Below are positions 59,364 to 64,000 of a stretch of DNA of 64,000 nt, one piece after another. A model generated the notes under the pieces. That model did no database searches, was not told the origin of the DNA, and saw only the letters and a list, made by a program, of their open reading frames with translations. The DNA comes from an uncultured Nitrospiraceae bacterium (GTDB taxonomy: Bacteria > Nitrospirota > Thermodesulfovibrionia > Thermodesulfovibrionales > UBA6898): assembly GCA_963811165.1 (NCBI GenBank), contig CAWEQH010000001.1, positions 352,001 through 416,000 on the forward strand. Direction: 5' to 3'. The position numbers and the translations under genes were made by a program. The stretch's first letter is position 1; each line of letters opens with the position of its first letter.

Positions 59364-60116
59364 ATGCATTTTTTCTCTGAACATGTAAGAAAGGACAACA
59401 TGCTTTCCGGGATTGACGCGAGGATAAAAATGATCGTTGCTCTGGTTGTTCTGGCTATGGTCCTTACGTACAAGGGTTCCTTTTTCCCGTTGCTGGTGGT
59501 CGTGGTCTGCCTCGGCCTCTGCGTGAAGATGAAGATACCTCTCAAGGTCTTTGCGCTCAGATTTTCAGAGCCGATGTGTATAGCCTTTGTCCTGATACTC
59601 TTAAAACTCTTCTTTACGGGAAGGGAAGTATTTTTCTCGGTCCACTTTTTGGGGCTGACGATAACCGGCCACAGGGACGGGCTCATCGAAGGCTTGCTGA
59701 TTGCTGCGAGGATAATCGGGGCAGTATCGGTAATTGCTGCGCTTGGCTTTGCAACGCCCTTTACCGCAATGATGTCGGGACTCTCATGGTTCAGGGCCCC
59801 GAAAGGGCTGATCGAGATATTGATGTTTGCCTATCGCTACATCTTTATGCTCTTTGAGGATGCCATGGTCATCTATCACGCGCAGAAAAACCGGCTCGGA
59901 TATTCAAGTCTCAGACGCGGCCTGACTTCATTCGGCATCCTGGCGGGTTCATTGACCCTCAAGGCCTTCGAGCACAGCCAAAACGCAACGGTTGCCATGG
60001 TCCAGCGGGGGTATGACGGCAACATGCATGTCCAGAGTCATAAGCCCTTCAAGCCCTCCGAGGTCGTTGCGTCAGTCTGCTTTATCGTTATCATGGGATT
60101 CATATGGAAGATATAA
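59364..60116 (+). CDS. cbiQ: Cobalt ECF transporter T component
   Basis: IDARIK, AYRYIF, AQKNRLGY, AMVQRGYDG. Confidence 0.92.
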   Translation: MHFFSEHVRKDNMLSGIDARIKMIVALVVLAMVLTYKGSFFPLLVVVVCLGLCVKMKIPLKVFALRFSEPMCIAFVLILLKLFFTGREVFFSVHFLGLTITGHRDGLIEGLLIAARIIGAVSVIAALGFATPFTAMMSGLSWFRAPKGLIEILMFAYRYIFMLFEDAMVIYHAQKNRLGYSSLRRGLTSFGILAGSLTLKAFEHSQNATVAMVQRGYDGNMHVQSHKPFKPSEVVASVCFIVIMGFIWKI

Positions 60117-60997
60117 AAAGCAATCAGCGATCAGCAGTCGGCAATCGGAACAATAGTGAGGTAAGATTGGCGGTGCGCGTCGAATCATTTCAATATCCTG
60201 ATGGAACCGTGGCGATGTCGGGAATCAGTCTTGATATAATAAAAGGCGAGTTCGCCGGCATACTCGGATCGAACGGTTCAGGAAAGACTACCCTCCTTAA
60301 GATCATGGACGGGCTGATCAAAGACATCAAGGGGAGCGTCCGCCTTGACGACTCCGACATAAAAAAACTCTCCCCCAAGGAGATCTACCGCAAGGTCGGT
60401 CTTATATTCCAGAACCCCGACGAACAGCTTTTTGCCCCGACCGTATTCGAGGACGTCTGCTTCGGCCCCCTCAATATGGGCTTTACCCAGGAGGAGACCG
60501 CCCAGAAAGTGAAAGAGGCGCTCAGGAACGTCGATATGGAGGAGTACGGGGAAAAATCCATCCACAATCTGAGTTTCGGCCAGAAAAAAAGGATCTGCAT
60601 CGCGGGACTGCTTGCGATGGGACATGAGATACTTCTCCTTGATGAGCCGACCGCAGGACTTGACCCGATGGGCGAATACAGGATGATGAATCTCCTTAAG
60701 CGGTTGAACAGGGAAAAGGGGGTAACGATCGTTATGGCTACACACAGCGTGGACCTGGTGCCGCTCTTTCTCGACAGGCTGTTCATATTGAGCAAGGGCA
60801 GTATAATAAGGGGCGGGGTACCGGAGCAGGTCTTCACCGCTCCTGAGGAGATGTCCGAGGTGAAACTCAGACTCCCGCAGATCGCGGAACTTATCTACAG
60901 GCTCAAGCACGAAGATAAGATGCCCTTTGAGAGGGTCCCCCTCACCATCGGCGAGGCCAGAAGGGAAATAATAAAGACGGTGATGCGTGACGAATAA
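60104..60997 (+). CDS. cbiO: Cobalt ECF transporter ATPase
   Basis: GSNGSGKTT, FQNPDEQLFAPTV, LSFGQKKR, DEPTAGLDP. Confidence 0.93.
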   Translation: MEDIKSNQRSAVGNRNNSEVRLAVRVESFQYPDGTVAMSGISLDIIKGEFAGILGSNGSGKTTLLKIMDGLIKDIKGSVRLDDSDIKKLSPKEIYRKVGLIFQNPDEQLFAPTVFEDVCFGPLNMGFTQEETAQKVKEALRNVDMEEYGEKSIHNLSFGQKKRICIAGLLAMGHEILLLDEPTAGLDPMGEYRMMNLLKRLNREKGVTIVMATHSVDLVPLFLDRLFILSKGSIIRGGVPEQVFTAPEEMSEVKLRLPQIAELIYRLKHEDKMPFERVPLTIGEARREIIKTVMRDE

Positions 60998-61087
60998 TGA
61001 GTGATGAGTATATGAAAAAACACAACAAACATTACCGGCTTCTTATTTTTATCCATTATGCGTCACGCATTGCGGATTACGGTTTTT

Positions 61088-61609
61088 ATGCGTAAGGGCT
61101 ACATACAGGTTTATACGGGAAACGGCAAGGGCAAGACGACTGCAGCGCTGGGGCTGGCACTTCGGGCCGCAGGCGCAGGGCTCAGGGTATGTATCGCCCA
61201 GTTTATAAAGAAACGAAGATGCGGCGAGCACAGGATAATCGGCGAGCGATTTGCCGACCTGATAACCATAAAACAATTCGGTAAAGGGCTAATACTGAAA
61301 CGGGCCGCGACCCAGTCCGATATAAAGGCGGCCCGGAAGGGGCTTGTCTGGATCAAAGAGGCGATAGAATCGAATGAATATGATATCGTGGTCCTCGATG
61401 AGGTGAATGTGGCGGTGCACTGCAATCTCATCAGCCTCGCAGACCTTCTCGATGTCATGGAGAGGAAGCCCGAAGGCGTTGAGCTTGTCATCACGGGAAG
61501 ATACGCAGATGAAAAGGTAATCGAAAAGGCCGACCTCGTGACCGAGATGAAGGAGATCAAACATTACAGAAAGATGGAGATAAAGGCCAGACGTGGGATC
61601 GAATGCTAG
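61088..61609 (+). CDS. cobO: Cob(I)yrinic acid a,c-diamide adenosyltransferase (CobO/BtuR)
   Basis: YTGNGKGKTTAALGLALRA, QFIK, LDE, ITGR, ADLVTEM. Confidence 0.95.
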   Translation: MRKGYIQVYTGNGKGKTTAALGLALRAAGAGLRVCIAQFIKKRRCGEHRIIGERFADLITIKQFGKGLILKRAATQSDIKAARKGLVWIKEAIESNEYDIVVLDEVNVAVHCNLISLADLLDVMERKPEGVELVITGRYADEKVIEKADLVTEMKEIKHYRKMEIKARRGIEC

Positions 61610-62711
61610 GAAACTGAGGTCCGGATATACCACGGGGGCCTGTGCTGCAGCGGCTTCGAAGGCAGCAACGATGCTCTTGCTTGGTGCGGAAATGAAAAGC
61701 CGCGGCGGTTCGGAAGTAGAAATACCCTTTCCCGACGGCAGCAGGGTAAAATTTGCCGTCCGTTACCTTGGTATCTCTGAGGCGTCTTCGGGGCCGGTGG
61801 CCTCGGCATCGATAATTAAAGACGCGGGGGATGACCCTGATGTGACGAACGGGGCCGAGATCATCGCCTCGGCGAGAATCTTTACCGCCGAAGATGGGAG
61901 TGAAGACATATTGCTTAAGGGCGGCAGGGGTGTAGGCAGGGTGACTAAGCCCGGGCTTTCAGTTCCGGTAGGGAACCCCGCGATCAATCCGGTCCCGAGA
62001 CGGATGATCAGGGAAGCGGTCAGCGAGGCAATTACGCAATGCAAAGGAGCGCAGGACGGGCGCAAGATCGAAATCACGATCTCCGTCCCCAAGGGAGAGG
62101 AACTGGCAAAAAAGACGCTCAACTCCAGACTCGGCATAATCGGGGGCATATCGATTCTGGGCACCTCCGGCATCGTCAGGCCCCTCTCTACCGAGGCATG
62201 GACCTCGACCATTACCTCAACGATGGACGTGGCAAAGGCCTTGGGGCTTCAGGAGATAGTACTGTCAGTAGGGAGGGTATCCGAACGGGCCCACATGAAA
62301 AAATATAAAATGCCCGAGGAGGCATACGTGCTGATGGGAGACCACTTCGAGTTTTCCCTCGTTGACGCAAAAAAACACGATTTCAAAAAGATCCATATAA
62401 GCGCGCACTGGGCAAAGATGCTCAAGATCTCGATGTCGACGCCCCAGACCCACGTCCGGCACGGGGCGATCGACGTGAGAAAGGGGGTGGAGCATCTCAC
62501 CCGGATGGGGCTCCCCGTTCCCCAGGACCGCGACTTCAATACCGCCCGGGAAATATACGACGATCTCGTATCGACATACGGACTTTCACTGCCGATGCTC
62601 CGCAAGGTATGTGTCGCCGCGAAGGGATATGCCGAGGGGATCACGGCAGGCATTCCGGTAATTACCCACCTCGTATCCTACGAAGGAGATATAATAGTTG
62701 ACAGTGAATAA
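61593..62711 (+). CDS. cbiD: Cobalt-precorrin-5B C1-methyltransferase
   Basis: LRSGYTTGACAAAA, KDAGDDPDVT, AINPVPR, GIIGGISILGTSG. Confidence 0.96.
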   Translation: MGSNARKLRSGYTTGACAAAASKAATMLLLGAEMKSRGGSEVEIPFPDGSRVKFAVRYLGISEASSGPVASASIIKDAGDDPDVTNGAEIIASARIFTAEDGSEDILLKGGRGVGRVTKPGLSVPVGNPAINPVPRRMIREAVSEAITQCKGAQDGRKIEITISVPKGEELAKKTLNSRLGIIGGISILGTSGIVRPLSTEAWTSTITSTMDVAKALGLQEIVLSVGRVSERAHMKKYKMPEEAYVLMGDHFEFSLVDAKKHDFKKIHISAHWAKMLKISMSTPQTHVRHGAIDVRKGVEHLTRMGLPVPQDRDFNTAREIYDDLVSTYGLSLPMLRKVCVAAKGYAEGITAGIPVITHLVSYEGDIIVDSE

Positions 62712-63986
62712 GATCTGCGTGATAGGCATCGGCCACAGGCCTTTGGATGAAAGGGCCTGTGAAGTCTTCTCGATGGCGGACCATATCCTTGCATCCAGCA
62801 GGCTCTTTGAAGTCTTTAGGGGATACAAAGAGTTTGAAGCGGCAAGAGAAAAGATCAGGGTCATACACAGGATTGACGAGACGCTCGAGTTTATCCGCGC
62901 CAATTTTGAGAACAAGGCGATCGTTTTACTTGCGTCGGGTGATCCGTTGTTTTTCGGCATCGGCAGGAGAGTCATCGAAGAGTTCGGCGTGGATCGCGTC
63001 GAGATAATCCCCGATCTTTCGAGCATGCAGGTGGCCTTTCGAGGATCAAGGAACCGTGGGACGACGTGTTCCTCATGAGCCTTCACGGCGGGCCTGATCC
63101 CGAAAAAAGGCGAAGACTTCCCTACGAAATCGACGACATACCGGCGCTCCTTCGGGAACATTATAAGATTGCGGTCCTCACCGACAGGGAGAACAACCCC
63201 TCGGAGATCGCAAGGCGCATGCCGGACACCCACAAAAGCACTCTGAAAATGTTCGTCTGCGAAAAACTCGGCTATCCCGACGAAAAGATCACTTCCGGAA
63301 CGCCTGGGGAAATTGCCGGAATGTCTTTTTCTGATCCGAACGTGGTCATTCTTTTGGACAGTGCAAGAATGCACACGCGCAAAAGCGCAGAAGAAAAAAT
63401 ACTATTGAAAAATGCAGACCTGTTGTTCGGGCTCACCGAAGGTGAGATTGCCCATTCCCGGGGACTTATCACAAAGGACGAGGTCAGAGCGGCATCGATT
63501 CACAAACTGAGGCTGCCCAAAGGAGGCATACTATGGGACATCGGGGCAGGGTCCGGTTCCGTCTCTATAGAAGCGGCAAGGTTATTTCCGGAATCGAAGG
63601 TCTTTGCGATCGAGAGAAATGAGGAACAGATCGCCCACATTAAAGAGAACAAATTGAGGTTCGGCACGCCAAATGTTGCGATCACCTGCGGGGAGGCGCC
63701 TGAGGCATTGAGGGACCTGCCTTCCCCTGACGGGGTTTTCATCGGCGGCAGCGGTGGCCGGCTCCCCGGGATAATACGCCTTATCGGAGACAGGATGCCG
63801 AGGGGAATCGTTGTGCTGAACGCGGTGACGCTTGAAACCCTCCATGAAGCGGTATTACATCTGGAAAACAGCGGCTTTCAGACGGAGATATCGCAGATTT
63901 CCGTTTCGAGGTCGAAGGTACTAAACGGTCAGAGGCAGATGGCGGCCCTGAACCCGGTATTTGTCGTCAGGGGGGAGATAAAGTGA
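62704..63986 (+). CDS. cbiET: Fused CbiE/CbiT precorrin-6Y C5,15-methyltransferase (frameshift ~63040)
   Basis: VIGIG, LASGDPLFFGIG, SLHG, ITKDEVR, WDIGAGSGSVSIE, FIGGSGG. Confidence 0.92.
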
Positions 63987-64000
63987 AGGCGGGAAAACTC
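63983..64000 (+). CDS. Start of next operon gene (3' partial; possibly a CbiL-type methyltransferase)
   Basis: GGAG RBS and a GTG overlapping the cbiET stop, reading MKAGKL; only 6 codons visible. Confidence 0.35.

Overview
Bacterial chromosomal window, most consistent with an anaerobic Nitrospirota (Thermodesulfovibrionia-like) or Desulfobacterota-like genome (inference from gene content and order). Housekeeping blocks: pstSCAB-phoU with Pho-box arrays, trpBA-accD-folC-lptD, ribF, atpB/atpE, PBP1A, fur-feoB, argG-dprA-topA, dsrH/E/F-like-tusA and two tRNA-Leu genes. From 48.1 kb to the end runs a cobalamin-riboswitch-led cobamide operon that starts with a ThiC paralogue with BzaF-like motifs. 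Two accessory regions stand out. (1) 12.7-15.3 kb holds two inverted, divergent copies of a ~195-nt element whose stems covary, a canonical attC site, a truncated DUF4062-like gene, a toxin-antitoxin pair and an IS1182-like fragment. (2) 38-44 kb is an integrase-less islet at tRNA-Leu(GAG) encoding one giant secreted GH38-like/IPT-TIG repeat protein. The ORF track misses or splits several things: a DsbC-like gene with an in-frame TGA at its redox Cys and a SECIS-like hairpin (probable selenoprotein), a possible ATT start for trpB, and heptamer or palindromic repeats translated inside cobalamin genes. Frameshifts cluster in the pst operon, bzaF and a few other genes and are probably assembly errors. 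All calls come from motif recognition only; no database searches were run.
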